This document shows, in pieces, positions 8,923 to 18,280 of a stretch of 64,000 bases of DNA. The translations under genes were made by a program, and so were the position numbers. The first letter of the stretch is position 1, and every line of letters starts with the position of its first letter. The stretch covers positions 870,939 to 934,938 of the forward strand of contig OZ220497.1 in assembly GCA_965116245.1 (NCBI GenBank). Reading direction: 5' to 3'. The notes under the pieces are model-generated. The model was not told the origin of the DNA. It searched no databases and saw only the letters and a list, made by a program, of their open reading frames with translations. Source of the stretch: Acidimicrobiales bacterium (lineage in GTDB: Bacteria; Actinomycetota; Acidimicrobiia; Acidimicrobiales; Poriferisodalaceae).

Positions 8923-9714
8923 TCAAGCCTTACCGAGTTCAGCGGAACGGCGAGTGGCAGCTTCTACCGCCGCGGCGAAAGCGGCCCTAACCCCGTGACG
9001 TTCCAACTCGCGCAGCCCCGCCGCGGTTGTGCCGCCAGGCGAGGTCACGTCAGCCCGCAGATCGGCAGGTGAACGGCCACTAGCCAGTAGCGCCGAGGCA
9101 CCCGCCAGGGTCTGGCGGCTCAGTGCTGTGGCCACGGGGCGGCTCAGGCCCATGAGCACCCCCGCTTCGATCATCGCTTCCGCCACCAGAAAAACGTACG
9201 CCGGACCAGACCCCGAAAGGCCGGTGACCGCGTCCATCAGGGATTCCGGGACGCGCTCGACACTGCCCACTGCACCGAGCACATCCTCGGCCCACCCCAG
9301 ATCGGCCTCGTCAACATGTTCGTTTCCGCAGATAGCCGCCGCACCCTGGGATACCAGCGCAGGTGTATTGGGCATGCACCGCACAATCGGGGTTGCGGAG
9401 CCCGCCGCAGCGCCCAGAGCTGCAAGCGTTACACCGGCGGCAATGGAGAGGATGCGATCGGTGCCCGCTGCGACAACCTCAGATGCAACAGCCGAAACCA
9501 CGTCTGGCTTGGTGGCCAAAACCGCTCCTGCTGAGGCCGGAAAACTGTCCGAAACGGCAACTTCGTAGCTACGAGCCAACTCGTCACGACGTTCCGGAAT
9601 CGGCTCTACCACGCAAATGCCGCTGACACTGCGGCCCGCCGCAAGCAAACCACCCAGCAGTGCTTCGCCCATCTTGCCGCCGCCCACGATCAGCAGATCA
9701 ACCCGGTCGCCCAT
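8923..9714 (-). CDS. proC: pyrroline-5-carboxylate reductase
   Basis: Contains LLIVGGGKMGEALLGGL...SPGGTTAAGLRELE. I chose the start at ATG 9714 (MGDRVDLL). Confidence 0.9.
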   Translation of the reverse strand: MGDRVDLLIVGGGKMGEALLGGLLAAGRSVSGICVVEPIPERRDELARSYEVAVSDSFPASAGAVLATKPDVVSAVASEVVAAGTDRILSIAAGVTLAALGAAAGSATPIVRCMPNTPALVSQGAAAICGNEHVDEADLGWAEDVLGAVGSVERVPESLMDAVTGLSGSGPAYVFLVAEAMIEAGVLMGLSRPVATALSRQTLAGASALLASGRSPADLRADVTSPGGTTAAGLRELERHGVRAAFAAAVEAATRRSAELGKA

Positions 9715-9973
9715 GTGGTCACGGTACCCGACCACGTCTTTGCAACTACTGAGCAGCTCCAGCGAAGCTGGGCTATAGGTATGTCTGGGGACACAGGACC
9801 GTCCGGCACTGGTTTCTCAGGGTTGGCGCACGCAAGGCCGTTCGTACACCACGCCAGTCTGGCTAAAGCCGGGGCACTCGTCTTGAGTGGAACACTTCCC
9901 TGCGTGCCTGCTGTCGAATGCCCCGGCAAGCGCACAATGAACCAGAGAAGACCGATAGTTGTCCAACCAATTT

Positions 9974-10010
9974 GCTGGACCGCACAAGTAGCTGGACCGC
10001 ACAAGCTGGA
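9974..10010. repeat. tandem 17/14-nt unit, about 2.4 copies (gctggaccgcacaag)
   Basis: Read directly in the 350-nt gap upstream of proC. Confidence 0.85.
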
Positions 10011-10086
10011 GGAGGCGTGATGCTGAGTTAGTGCTGCTGTTCAGGCCTGTCTTGTCCATCTCGCCTGACCGTGGGCCTACGGTTGC

Positions 10087-10626
10087 CTAGTTGGCTGCTG
10101 GGTTTGCTGATGGGACAGTCTGCTGCTGGAAGCCCAGCCGGAGCAGCGTCACGAAGTCCCGCTCTATGTATGACCAGAGCGATCCGATGATCCGATCAAG
10201 TTCGTCTTCGTCTACGCAGTGAGTTGGCAACTCCCCAGTCAAGTACAGGGCATCTTCGGGGCCGATGCCGTACTGGGCACCTACCAGCGAGTAGTTGCGG
10301 CGCAACACGAATTTGGCCACCTGATGTGGTTGGTGGTGCGGCGTTGGGAGCACATAGGACTCATAGGCCAATGTGCGCTGACGCAATGTCAACCAGACGG
10401 CGATCACGTCGCGGGACTCGCCAGCTAGGCGGACGTACCAACGTCGCGGCACCTCGGTGTCACGGGTCACATCAAGTAGCAGCGGACGTTCAGACAAGTC
10501 AGGTTCAGACAAGCCAGATTCAGACAATCCAGTGTGAGCCTGTGCGCGAGCCCAGCCAGCCAACCAGTCGTCCACGCGAGCCTCAAGTTGAACCAGCTCG
10601 GTTTCGGTCGCGGGGCGGCGGGTCAC
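10087..10626 (-). CDS. YbjN-like protein (counterpart of the conserved gene that follows mshA in mycobacteria)
   Basis: 179 aa, located immediately downstream of mshA. The family assignment is from memory of this synteny. Contains the in-frame repeat GLSESGLSEPDLSE. Confidence 0.55.
   Translation of the reverse strand: MTRRPATETELVQLEARVDDWLAGWARAQAHTGLSESGLSEPDLSERPLLLDVTRDTEVPRRWYVRLAGESRDVIAVWLTLRQRTLAYESYVLPTPHHQPHQVAKFVLRRNYSLVGAQYGIGPEDALYLTGELPTHCVDEDELDRIIGSLWSYIERDFVTLLRLGFQQQTVPSANPAAN
10489..10533. repeat. in-frame tandem 15-nt units x3 (ttcagacaagtcagg)
   Basis: Read directly. Confidence 0.9.
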
Positions 10627-10650
10627 GTCACGAATCCAGAAATCGGCTTC

Positions 10651-12144
10651 TCACACGCAAGCAATCAGGTCGCGGCGAGCCGCGGCCTGCAACACTTTGA
10701 GCGCTGTGACTGCGCTCGCGCGCCAACTGAAACGTTCCGCGCGCCTAGAACCAGCATCGCCGAGTCGCAGCGCCAACAGCGGATCAGCGAGAATCTCAAT
10801 CACGCGGCCAGCAAAAGCGGCTCCGTCGCGGCCAACTACTAGGTAGCCCGTACGTCCGTCAACGACGTTGTCTCGCAGACCACCCACATCGGACGACACG
10901 ACTGGCGTCCCACACGCTGCGGCTTCAAGCGCAACCAGTCCGAATGACTCCGACCTACTTGGAACCAGGCACACGTCGGCTGCCCGGTAGTAGGTCGACA
11001 ACAGGTGATGCGGAAGTGGGTCCACGAACCGCACGTGGCGAGCAACCGCGAGCTCGTCGGCCATTTCTTTCAATCGGTTCAGTGTGGCCTGGCCGTCGGG
11101 GCCGCTGGGACCTCCAACGATGACCAGTTGAGCATTGGCGCCCACTGCGGCGGCGGCTCGGGTGGCAGCGAGAGTCTCAATGGCTAGCTCGGCCCCCTTG
11201 AGAGGTTGCAGGCGACCCACAAAGAGCAGCATCGGGCCCGCAGGTAGCCCGATCGCCGAGCGAGCCGCGTGACGCTGACCCGGCGCAAAGATGGCCCGGT
11301 CCACGCCCGGGGTCAACACATGGAGTCGCTCCGGGGGAGCGCCGTACAGCGACCTAAGTTGCAGCGCTTCAGCGTCGCCCGAGGTGAACACGGTGTCGGC
11401 GCAGTCAATGACCCGCTGCTCCGCCGCAACGCGATGACGCGGCTCGGCATCGCCAGCGTTGGTTTTGACACGTCCCAACGTGTGAAACGTGACGGCCAAA
11501 GGCACACCCAAGTGGTGTTTCAGTTCGTGCCCCGCTACACCGCTCAGCCAGTAATGGGCATGGATGGCGTCAACCGGTCGGCGTGCCAGGTGCTCGCCTA
11601 CGTTGTCAGCAAATGTGGATATGACCGCCGGTAGGTCCTCTTTGTGCAGCGAGGGCGCACCGGCGTCTACCTGGGTCACGCTTACCCCAGATTCAATTTC
11701 GATGGTGGCCGGCCCATTGTGAGTTGACCCATTTCTGGAGGGCTTAATGTCAGCCGCCCCGATGTCGATGGGCATTGGGCTGAACGGCCCCATATCAGCC
11801 GGGCCTACACGGGATTGCCCCACGGTGGAGGGTTTGATGCTGGCGGTAGCGGGCTCGCCGAACCGTGATGTGTCGCCAACCTGCGACAGCCCAGCCTTAG
11901 ACAACCCGGAGTTCGATATCCCGGCTTCTGAGATACCGGTTTCTGAGATACCGGCTTTTGGGGGCCCAGCTTCTGGGGGCCCAGATTTTGGGGGTCCAGC
12001 GCGGCGCGTGTAGATGTCGCAGTCAACACCGAGATGTGCCAGAGCGGTAGTGAGTTCGCGTACGTAGACGTTTAGACCGCCACCGTCGCCGCTGCCTGGT
12101 TGTTGCACCGGCGAGGTGTGCATACACAAGACCGCAACCCTCAC
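10651..12144 (-). CDS. mshA: D-inositol-3-phosphate glycosyltransferase (mycothiol biosynthesis), with a ~115-aa low-complexity insertion
   Basis: Contains MRVAVLCMHTSPVQQPGSGDGGGLNVYVREL... and a GT4 C-terminal domain (VPSRSESFGLVALEAAACGTPVV). Confidence 0.85.
   Translation of the reverse strand: MRVAVLCMHTSPVQQPGSGDGGGLNVYVRELTTALAHLGVDCDIYTRRAGPPKSGPPEAGPPKAGISETGISEAGISNSGLSKAGLSQVGDTSRFGEPATASIKPSTVGQSRVGPADMGPFSPMPIDIGAADIKPSRNGSTHNGPATIEIESGVSVTQVDAGAPSLHKEDLPAVISTFADNVGEHLARRPVDAIHAHYWLSGVAGHELKHHLGVPLAVTFHTLGRVKTNAGDAEPRHRVAAEQRVIDCADTVFTSGDAEALQLRSLYGAPPERLHVLTPGVDRAIFAPGQRHAARSAIGLPAGPMLLFVGRLQPLKGAELAIETLAATRAAAAVGANAQLVIVGGPSGPDGQATLNRLKEMADELAVARHVRFVDPLPHHLLSTYYRAADVCLVPSRSESFGLVALEAAACGTPVVSSDVGGLRDNVVDGRTGYLVVGRDGAAFAGRVIEILADPLLALRLGDAGSRRAERFSWRASAVTALKVLQAAARRDLIACV
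11891..11995. repeat. in-frame tandem 15-nt units x7 inside mshA
   Basis: Units include ccggcttctgagata / ccggtttctgagata / ccggcttttgggggc / ccagcttctgggggc. Together they encode GPPKSGPPEAGPPKAGISETGISEAGISNSGLSKAGLS. Confidence 0.9.
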
Positions 12145-12317
12145 AGCGCGACTCCCGTCGAAAGCGCGACGCAGATAGACGGACTATGCGACACGCCAGG
12201 AGTCACAGCAGGAGCCACGGACGGTAACGCTACGCAGAACGTTGAAGCGCCGCTAAGTCGTCGCGACAGTGAGCAAACCGACCGTGCGCTCAAGACCATG
12301 CGCTCTTGACCATACGT

Positions 12318-13463
12318 TCATACAGATACGAGCCCCAGGCCCCACATCCAAACCAAGGCTGTAACACTTAGCGAGTCCAGCCTGCGAACAGCCCATTCCC
12401 GCCTCGCTCGCTGCCAAGCGCCCTGGCTCCCGCCGACATCCGACGAGGCCACATCGCGGTCATCGGCTTGAGCCGTTCGCTTCGGCCCCGACTCATTCGA
12501 CCCATGCTGATTTGACCGAGACTGAGTTGACCCAGACTGAGTTGATCCATGGGCAAGCCGAGATGTCTTGCGCGCAGCCAGTGCCGTGTTCGATCGGGCC
12601 GTAGCTGGGCCTAGCGGCAACGTCAGTACAGCGATCGCTCCGAATCTGACAACATCACTGGGCACGAACGGCGGCACGCTCAAACCAGTCAAGGCGAGAA
12701 TGACAGTCGCCGCTGCGACTCCTCCGGCCAGCGGACCGCGCAGGCCTGGAGGCTGACCCGCTGCGCTTAGGTGGGAACCAGCGTCGTAGGCAGAAGCCGC
12801 GCACACGAGCACGAGCGCTGCGCCGAGCGAGTATTTGGCAATCGCCGCCAAGCACGCAGCCGTAACCCCGACCTGCATCCATGCACGAATCAACAAGTAC
12901 CCACGAACGATGCCTGCCGCCGCGGGTATTTCGAATCTGGGCGCGGCAATCCGGCGCACTCCTACTCGGGACACAGGCGCTTGGCGTGCTTTAGGCGCCG
13001 AGGACGTATGGGAGTGTGGTGGTTGCAAAGCACTCGACACCAGGACGCTCACGGCGATGGATGCGCCGATTACCGCACCGGCCAAACGGGTGTCCAGCAC
13101 ACCGGCGCATCCGATTGCACCCGCCAGCACAGCCGCTGGCGCACGGTAACTCGCAGGCAGGACTGGCCTTGCGGGTGCCGCTTCCTCAGCCGAAACTTCG
13201 GCAGCCGATGATCGGGGCCCTAACAATCTGGGCGCAGGGCCGCTACAAGTCACGCCCACGGATTGCCATGCTGCGATCATGGCAATCGCCGTCATGGTGA
13301 GTCCAAACGTTTCAGCACCGGCCCGCAGGGCGCCGATCTGCACAACAAACCAGATGAGTCCTGCACTGATGCTGGCGTCGCGCAGCGCTACGCCAGGACC
13401 AAGCCACCACACAACTGAGTAGATGCGCGGCCGCGCCAGCCCGAGACCGGGCGCCGCTTTCAC
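12318..13463 (-). CDS. polytopic membrane protein, function unknown
   Basis: 381 aa with many Ala/Gly/Leu-rich helices. An in-frame repeat (GSTQSGSTQSRSNQHGSNESG) lies near the C-terminus. Confidence 0.55.
   Translation of the reverse strand: MKAAPGLGLARPRIYSVVWWLGPGVALRDASISAGLIWFVVQIGALRAGAETFGLTMTAIAMIAAWQSVGVTCSGPAPRLLGPRSSAAEVSAEEAAPARPVLPASYRAPAAVLAGAIGCAGVLDTRLAGAVIGASIAVSVLVSSALQPPHSHTSSAPKARQAPVSRVGVRRIAAPRFEIPAAAGIVRGYLLIRAWMQVGVTAACLAAIAKYSLGAALVLVCAASAYDAGSHLSAAGQPPGLRGPLAGGVAAATVILALTGLSVPPFVPSDVVRFGAIAVLTLPLGPATARSNTALAARKTSRLAHGSTQSGSTQSRSNQHGSNESGPKRTAQADDRDVASSDVGGSQGAWQRARREWAVRRLDSLSVTALVWMWGLGLVSV
12512..12548. repeat. in-frame tandem 15-nt units, about 2.5 copies (ttgaccgagactgag)
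   Basis: Read directly. Confidence 0.85.
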
Positions 13464-13477
13464 CGCGTCGGTGCCGC

Positions 13478-13720
13478 TCAGCCGCCCGAGACGGGCGGCA
13501 GGACGGCGATCTCGTCGCCACTATTGAGTTGCGTACCGTCTAGCGCCGGTTCACCATTCAGCCAGACCCTGCTGGCCGTTAGCACAGCACTGAAGTCCTC
13601 GCCAAAACTTGCCTTCGCCCAATCCAGCGCTTCTGCCACCGATGTCGCTTCGGTTTGAGTGCTGCCAATACCAGCCGCTTCGCGCGCTCCCGCGAACAGA
13701 CGGATCGTTACCACCGGCAT
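13478..13720 (-). CDS. MoaD/ThiS-family sulfur-carrier protein
   Basis: 80 aa. Starts MPVVTIRLFAGAREAAG and ends VLPPVSGG, i.e. a C-terminal Gly-Gly. No moaE is in the window. Confidence 0.7.
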   Translation of the reverse strand: MPVVTIRLFAGAREAAGIGSTQTEATSVAEALDWAKASFGEDFSAVLTASRVWLNGEPALDGTQLNSGDEIAVLPPVSGG

Positions 13721-13771
13721 CGCCCGAAGACTACTGAGCACTGCTGCGATGGCCCGATACGGTGGGGTGAC

Positions 13772-14521
13772 GTGACACGACGTGACGAGTTAGTGGATGA
13801 TGAGTTGAGGGATACAGCGTTGCTGGCGCTGCGACACGGCCAGTCCGAATGGAACCTACGAGGAATTTGGCAAGGGCAGGCCGACCCGGACCTGACTGCT
13901 CTGGGCGAACGGCAGGCAGAAATCGCAGCCGACGCCTTGGCAACCAAGCTCGCTGGCGCGGACGCTGGCTGGCGGACACGTACGTCACGTCCTAGCCATC
14001 TCCAGCCTGATCTGCCCAAATCTGATGTGCCCACATTTGATCTACCCACATTTGATCTAATTGTGGCCAGCGACCTGCAGCGCGCACGCCGGACCGCTGA
14101 GATCATTGCCAAACGGTTCGGCGGCGATGTCGTGACCGATGAAGCGTTACGTGAGCGCAGCGCGGGACCGTGGGAGGGCCTTACCAGGGCTCAGATTGAG
14201 AACCGCTGGCCGGGCGCTATTGCATCGCGTAGATGGCCGTCGGGTTTTGAGTCGGAAGACAGGGTGGCCGCGCGACTGTTGCCCGCGCTACGCAAGCACT
14301 TGTCTGTTTGCGGTCGTGTGCTGCTGGTAAGTCACGGCGGAGTGCTCAAGACCATTGACGCCATGCTGGGCCTCGGCAACCAGAGGGTGCCGAAGAATCT
14401 GGCGGGCCGCTGGTATTGGCTTGAAGGCGTTGCGGCCGACGCAACATGGAGTTGGAATCAACTAGAACCCCGCGACCGAGTTGAGCTGGTGCCCTCCGAT
14501 ATCGATCCCACAATGGAATAG
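13772..14521 (+). CDS. histidine phosphatase (phosphoglycerate-mutase-like) family protein
   Basis: Has the LALRHGQSEWN catalytic RHG motif and a later SHGGVL. GTG 13772 was chosen as the start. Contains an in-frame repeat insertion. Confidence 0.8.
   Translation: MTRRDELVDDELRDTALLALRHGQSEWNLRGIWQGQADPDLTALGERQAEIAADALATKLAGADAGWRTRTSRPSHLQPDLPKSDVPTFDLPTFDLIVASDLQRARRTAEIIAKRFGGDVVTDEALRERSAGPWEGLTRAQIENRWPGAIASRRWPSGFESEDRVAARLLPALRKHLSVCGRVLLVSHGGVLKTIDAMLGLGNQRVPKNLAGRWYWLEGVAADATWSWNQLEPRDRVELVPSDIDPTME
14008..14060. repeat. in-frame tandem 15-nt units, about 3.5 copies (tgatctacccacatt)
   Basis: Encodes DLPKSDVPTFDLPTFDL. Confidence 0.9.
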
Positions 14522-14602
14522 CCAGCCATCTTCACCCGATGGCCGCGGAATTGAGCTGCCCTCTCCCCAAAAAAGGGGTTAGCCCGGGTCGATGGGCCAG
14601 GC

Positions 14603-14630
14603 TCGGTTAGCCAGCGTCGGTTAGCCAGGC
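14603..14630. repeat. tandem 14-nt unit x2 (tcggttagccagcg)
   Basis: Read directly. The repeat supplies the stop codon of the small ORF below. Confidence 0.85.
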
Positions 14631-14786
14631 CGTGGCGACTCGTGGATCCATTTCGTCGTCGGCCAGCAAACTGAGAGTGCGCTCTGCTCTTGCTAGTTCA
14701 TCCTCAATGGCATCTAGCTCGTCGTCGTCCAGCTCATCGGGTGTGAGCAGTTGAGGCTCAGACACAGCGGCGCCGGGCAACGACAT
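14607..14786 (-). CDS. possible 59-aa acidic helical protein
   Basis: MSLPGAAVSEPQLLTPDELDDDELDAIEDELARAERTL... No family recognised. Confidence 0.3.
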   Translation of the reverse strand: MSLPGAAVSEPQLLTPDELDDDELDAIEDELARAERTLSLLADDEMDPRVATAWLTDAG

Positions 14787-14931
14787 GGGAGCGTTTTCGG
14801 ACACTCTCGCGAGGCTAGGTGCGTTGCGCCTCCTCGGAGTCTGAGAACTCCATGGCTGGGGGCCAGAAGCGGGACGGCGCCCGAGATTCGCCACCGGACG
14901 CTCGGACCGCAGCAGGCGAACCCGACGCCGA

Positions 14932-15912
14932 TCACCCGAAGCCAAGGTATGAGGGCACCGGAGCTACGACATCGGCGGTCTCAGCGACCACCATCCACGG
15001 TCCAAAGAACCCCACGAACGCGGCGGTTGGGGCGTACCCGATCGCCGCGAACAAGCGAGCTGGCTGCTGCAGCCCTGCGGGCAGCCGGGCTGCCCCGCGC
15101 TCAATGAACGACCGGCCTGCCCCGTTCACCGCTTCAGAGTGAAGGACCAAAGTGTAGAAACTCGCGTAGGTCGCGACGAACACCATCTCGAATAACGGGA
15201 ATTGGAACTGGCTGCCAGCATTGAGCGTCAGCACCTGCCAGCTGCGCGGATAGGAGTAGATCTCGAGCCCGATGAATGACCACTCCACGACGAGGTCAAT
15301 GAGACACAAGACGGCGAACGTCGGAACCATCGCCCGAGCGAACGACCATGAGGGATTCCGGCGCCGCAGCCATCGAATACCGGCGAGTTGTAACGATCCG
15401 AGACCGATGCCTAGATACAGATATTGCGACGGCGCCCAGAACAGACCCTCTGCGAACCGGGTCGGCCCGTTGTGGCCAGGAACGTATCCGGCCCACGCCC
15501 CGAGGTTGATGGCGTGGTGGCTCCACGCAAACGCATACTCCGAGTAGTTGATCATGGTGTCGATCGGATACGCCAGCAACCCGCCAACCACCAACATGCC
15601 GGACAGAGTCAATCGACCCGCTGCTCGCCACGGCAGATATAGGTAGCGATAGAACGTCCAGACGATCAGGACGATGCTGATGAACTCAATTAGCCGGAGC
15701 GCCGCCACCTTGTAGGGGTTGATCTCGTCGGGCCCAGCGATCGGCATCGGCGCGAATGCTTCACTGTCTGCGACCCACCGTCCTAGCACATACGCAACGA
15801 GTACAATCCAGATCACGCCGAGCATTGACCAGGCCAGCGACCCCGAGCTGGCAGATCGCGCTTGGTCCCTACTGGTTGGGACGCGCTCTCTCGTGGCAGT
15901 CGCGGGTGTCAT
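14932..15912 (-). CDS. AveC-family (spirocyclase/DUF5135-like) integral membrane protein
   Basis: AYVLGRWVADSE, LGAWAGYVPGH, QFQFPLFEM and IERGAARLP line up with my recollection of Streptomyces AveC (AYVFSRWAADGG, SWGPYVPGW, WYQFPVYQ, VERGAWRLP). Start chosen at ATG 15912. Confidence 0.6.
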   Translation of the reverse strand: MTPATATRERVPTSRDQARSASSGSLAWSMLGVIWIVLVAYVLGRWVADSEAFAPMPIAGPDEINPYKVAALRLIEFISIVLIVWTFYRYLYLPWRAAGRLTLSGMLVVGGLLAYPIDTMINYSEYAFAWSHHAINLGAWAGYVPGHNGPTRFAEGLFWAPSQYLYLGIGLGSLQLAGIRWLRRRNPSWSFARAMVPTFAVLCLIDLVVEWSFIGLEIYSYPRSWQVLTLNAGSQFQFPLFEMVFVATYASFYTLVLHSEAVNGAGRSFIERGAARLPAGLQQPARLFAAIGYAPTAAFVGFFGPWMVVAETADVVAPVPSYLGFG

Positions 15913-16318
15913 GGCATCATCTCCGTGCAGCCGGACTCGGTCCGCAGGCTCGGTCCGGAGGTCGCTCACCCACGCAACGCTAGCCGTGTCGCATTCCGAA
16001 ATCAAGCGATGTATGGTTCCGGACGAGGCCCCGGACCACGGTCACTCTGATCGGCGCTATCCGGACCCGGCCGCGGCAGCTCATCGGTCGCGCGACCGGA
16101 AGCGCTCGTCGGCTTACCAGTGAGAGCGTGCTCTCAACTGGTCCGGCGCATGGTCCAGCGCGGAGCGGCGTTCACCCAGTCTCGGGATCCAACGCACCGG
16201 GCGCCGAGCCCTCGCGAACGTCTGGACGCGTGGCGCCCACCGGTACTGCGGCTGCTCTGGCGAACAGTAATTGATCAGTGTTAGTTTATCGCTGCCGCTG
16301 ACCGCCGAGGAGATCACC

Positions 16319-17131
16319 ATGGAAATCAGCTCGTTCCCTCAGCCCCCCGTGGGCATGGAGATGAACACCACCTGGCAGGCGGTATTCACCATCGGTCAGG
16401 CGATCCCGGCCGCGATCATGATCATCATCGCGGTGCTGATGCTGCGACGGTACGGCACTCCAATCCCGCTGTTGTGCCTGGTGGGCGGCGCCGTGGCGAT
16501 CCTCATCGAACCCATTGTCGATGTACTCGGCCTGGTGTGGTTTCCCCGCGAGGGTCAGTGGGTGCTCTTAGAGGCCTTCGGCCGGCCCCTCCCGGTCTTC
16601 CTGATCGTCTACGTGTGGTTCGTCGGCGGCCAGACGTTCCTGGTCTGGCACCGGATGGAGCGAGGCGTCACGACGCGAGGGATATGGCTCATGTACCTCG
16701 CCTTCACCATCATCAACATCCCGACCGAGACACCAGGTCTCTACATGGACCTCTACGCCTACTACGGAGCGCAGCCGTTCACTCCCTTCCGTCTGCCCTT
16801 GATGTGGCCCATCGTGAATGCGCTGATGCCCCTCGCCGCCGCGACCGCCATCTACCGGTTGCGGCCTTACCTCCATGGCTGGCGGATCATCGGGGTTGTC
16901 GCGCTCGTGCCGATGGTTGACGGCACCGTCAACATCGCGACCGCGTTCCCGCTGTACATCACGCTGAACACGAACCTCGGCTTCAAGGCCACTTACCCCG
17001 CCTTCTTCGTCATGCTCGCGCTCGCATTGTTGGTGGTGAAGATCATCACCATCGCCGTAGCGACCGACACCGAGCAACCAGAACGCTCCGCAGTCACCCA
17101 CGACCGCCAGGCCGCGGTGGCCGACGGATAG
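16319..17131 (+). CDS. polytopic membrane protein (possibly distantly AveC-related)
   Basis: ATG 16319 is preceded by GAGGAG. About 7 hydrophobic helices. Confidence 0.55.
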   Translation: MEISSFPQPPVGMEMNTTWQAVFTIGQAIPAAIMIIIAVLMLRRYGTPIPLLCLVGGAVAILIEPIVDVLGLVWFPREGQWVLLEAFGRPLPVFLIVYVWFVGGQTFLVWHRMERGVTTRGIWLMYLAFTIINIPTETPGLYMDLYAYYGAQPFTPFRLPLMWPIVNALMPLAAATAIYRLRPYLHGWRIIGVVALVPMVDGTVNIATAFPLYITLNTNLGFKATYPAFFVMLALALLVVKIITIAVATDTEQPERSAVTHDRQAAVADG

Positions 17132-17287
17132 GCATCGGCGGACCTCAGACGTCGCGCTCACGGTCCACCCACGAGAGGGGATCGTGGGCACGTGGGGCTG
17201 CCTCACTAAATCGCGATCAGAGCTACGTCGTGGCGTAGGAAAGCGCTTTGGCGGGCCGATCGGGGAGGCTTCCCCGACAGATGAGTA

Positions 17288-18091
17288 TCAGCTCCACGAC
17301 TCGCCTTTCGCGGCGTCGGCCTCAGTGTCGGACAGGTAGCCGGTCCGGCGATTCGAGAGGAAGTCGCCTCGGCGTTCTGCGGCTTCGCCAAGCAGATTGA
17401 GTTCGTAGGTGTAGCTGAGTTCGGCGCGGTACCGAGTTCTGATCTCGGCCAACCCGGCTGATCCGTTCAGCGCCCGCTTCAGGCGCCTCACCACAATTGG
17501 CGATTTGTTCGCGATCGTCTGGGCCAGGACCATCGCCTCGTCGCGCAGCGACGACTCATCGACCAGCCGGTAGACGCTCCCGTGTGCTTGAAGCTCCTCG
17601 GCGCTGAAGGGCTCAGCGGTCAGCATCGCGGCGCGCAATCGCTTCTCCGGCAACAAGGCCACGGCCTGAACCCCACCGCTGGTCGCGCCGTTGTCCACCT
17701 CGGCCAGGACGAAGCGTGTGTCGTAGGCGGCAACGATAATGTCGCACATCGCGACGATCAAGACGCCGACGCCGATACAGTACCCGTGGACTGCGGCGAT
17801 GACCGGGACGGCGCATTCGGCTGCCGCGAGGCTGGCTTCTTGTGATCCGCTGGCTTGGCCAAGAATGCCGTCGTGGCTCGACAACGCATGTACTTCCTTT
17901 ACATCGCCGCCACCGCAGAACCCCTTCCCCTCTGCACGCAGCAGTACGGCGCAGACATCGGGTCGGCGTTGGACCCCAGCGAGCCGTTCGGCGAGATCGT
18001 GCAAATCGGCGATACAGAATGCGTTGACGGGTGGGTGCTTGATCACGAGTTCGAGTACACCGTCGGGATGGTGGTGCTCTGTAATCGTCAT
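17288..18091 (-). CDS. enoyl-CoA hydratase/isomerase (crotonase) family protein
   Basis: Contains VLELVIKHPPVNAF...VLLRAEGKGFCGGGDVKE. ATG 18091 is preceded by GAGG. Confidence 0.85.
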   Translation of the reverse strand: MTITEHHHPDGVLELVIKHPPVNAFCIADLHDLAERLAGVQRRPDVCAVLLRAEGKGFCGGGDVKEVHALSSHDGILGQASGSQEASLAAAECAVPVIAAVHGYCIGVGVLIVAMCDIIVAAYDTRFVLAEVDNGATSGGVQAVALLPEKRLRAAMLTAEPFSAEELQAHGSVYRLVDESSLRDEAMVLAQTIANKSPIVVRRLKRALNGSAGLAEIRTRYRAELSYTYELNLLGEAAERRGDFLSNRRTGYLSDTEADAAKGESWS

Positions 18092-18280
18092 GGTTACCTC
18101 ACAGCGGGATCGAACAGTGGCGGACACGGTGGGGAGTCGCTTGTCAACGGAAACACACGGCTCCCGCTGGTGACTGTCGCAAGACACTAGTCAGCTCGCC
18201 ATTGCATAACCAAACATCGTTTGTTAACTTGTTGCCAGACCGGTTCGACACGCGGCCGGCCGGACGTTCGGGAGCCGGAC

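Noticed and set aside
9736-10086. The 350-nt gap upstream of proC as a structured ncRNA or riboswitch.
   Set aside because: I could not recognise any known conserved core (SRP, RNase P, tmRNA, 6C, TPP, cobalamin or SAM). Only a 17-nt tandem repeat stands out. A covariance-model scan would be needed.
13478-13720. The MoaD-like gene as evidence of a molybdopterin operon.
   Set aside because: No moaE, moaA or moaC is in the window. Gly-Gly sulfur carriers also serve other pathways, so no pathway claim is made.
14560-14582. ctccccaaaaaagggg as a bidirectional terminator between the phosphatase gene and the small acidic ORF.
   Set aside because: The stem is only 4-5 bp with an A6 loop. That is too weak to call.
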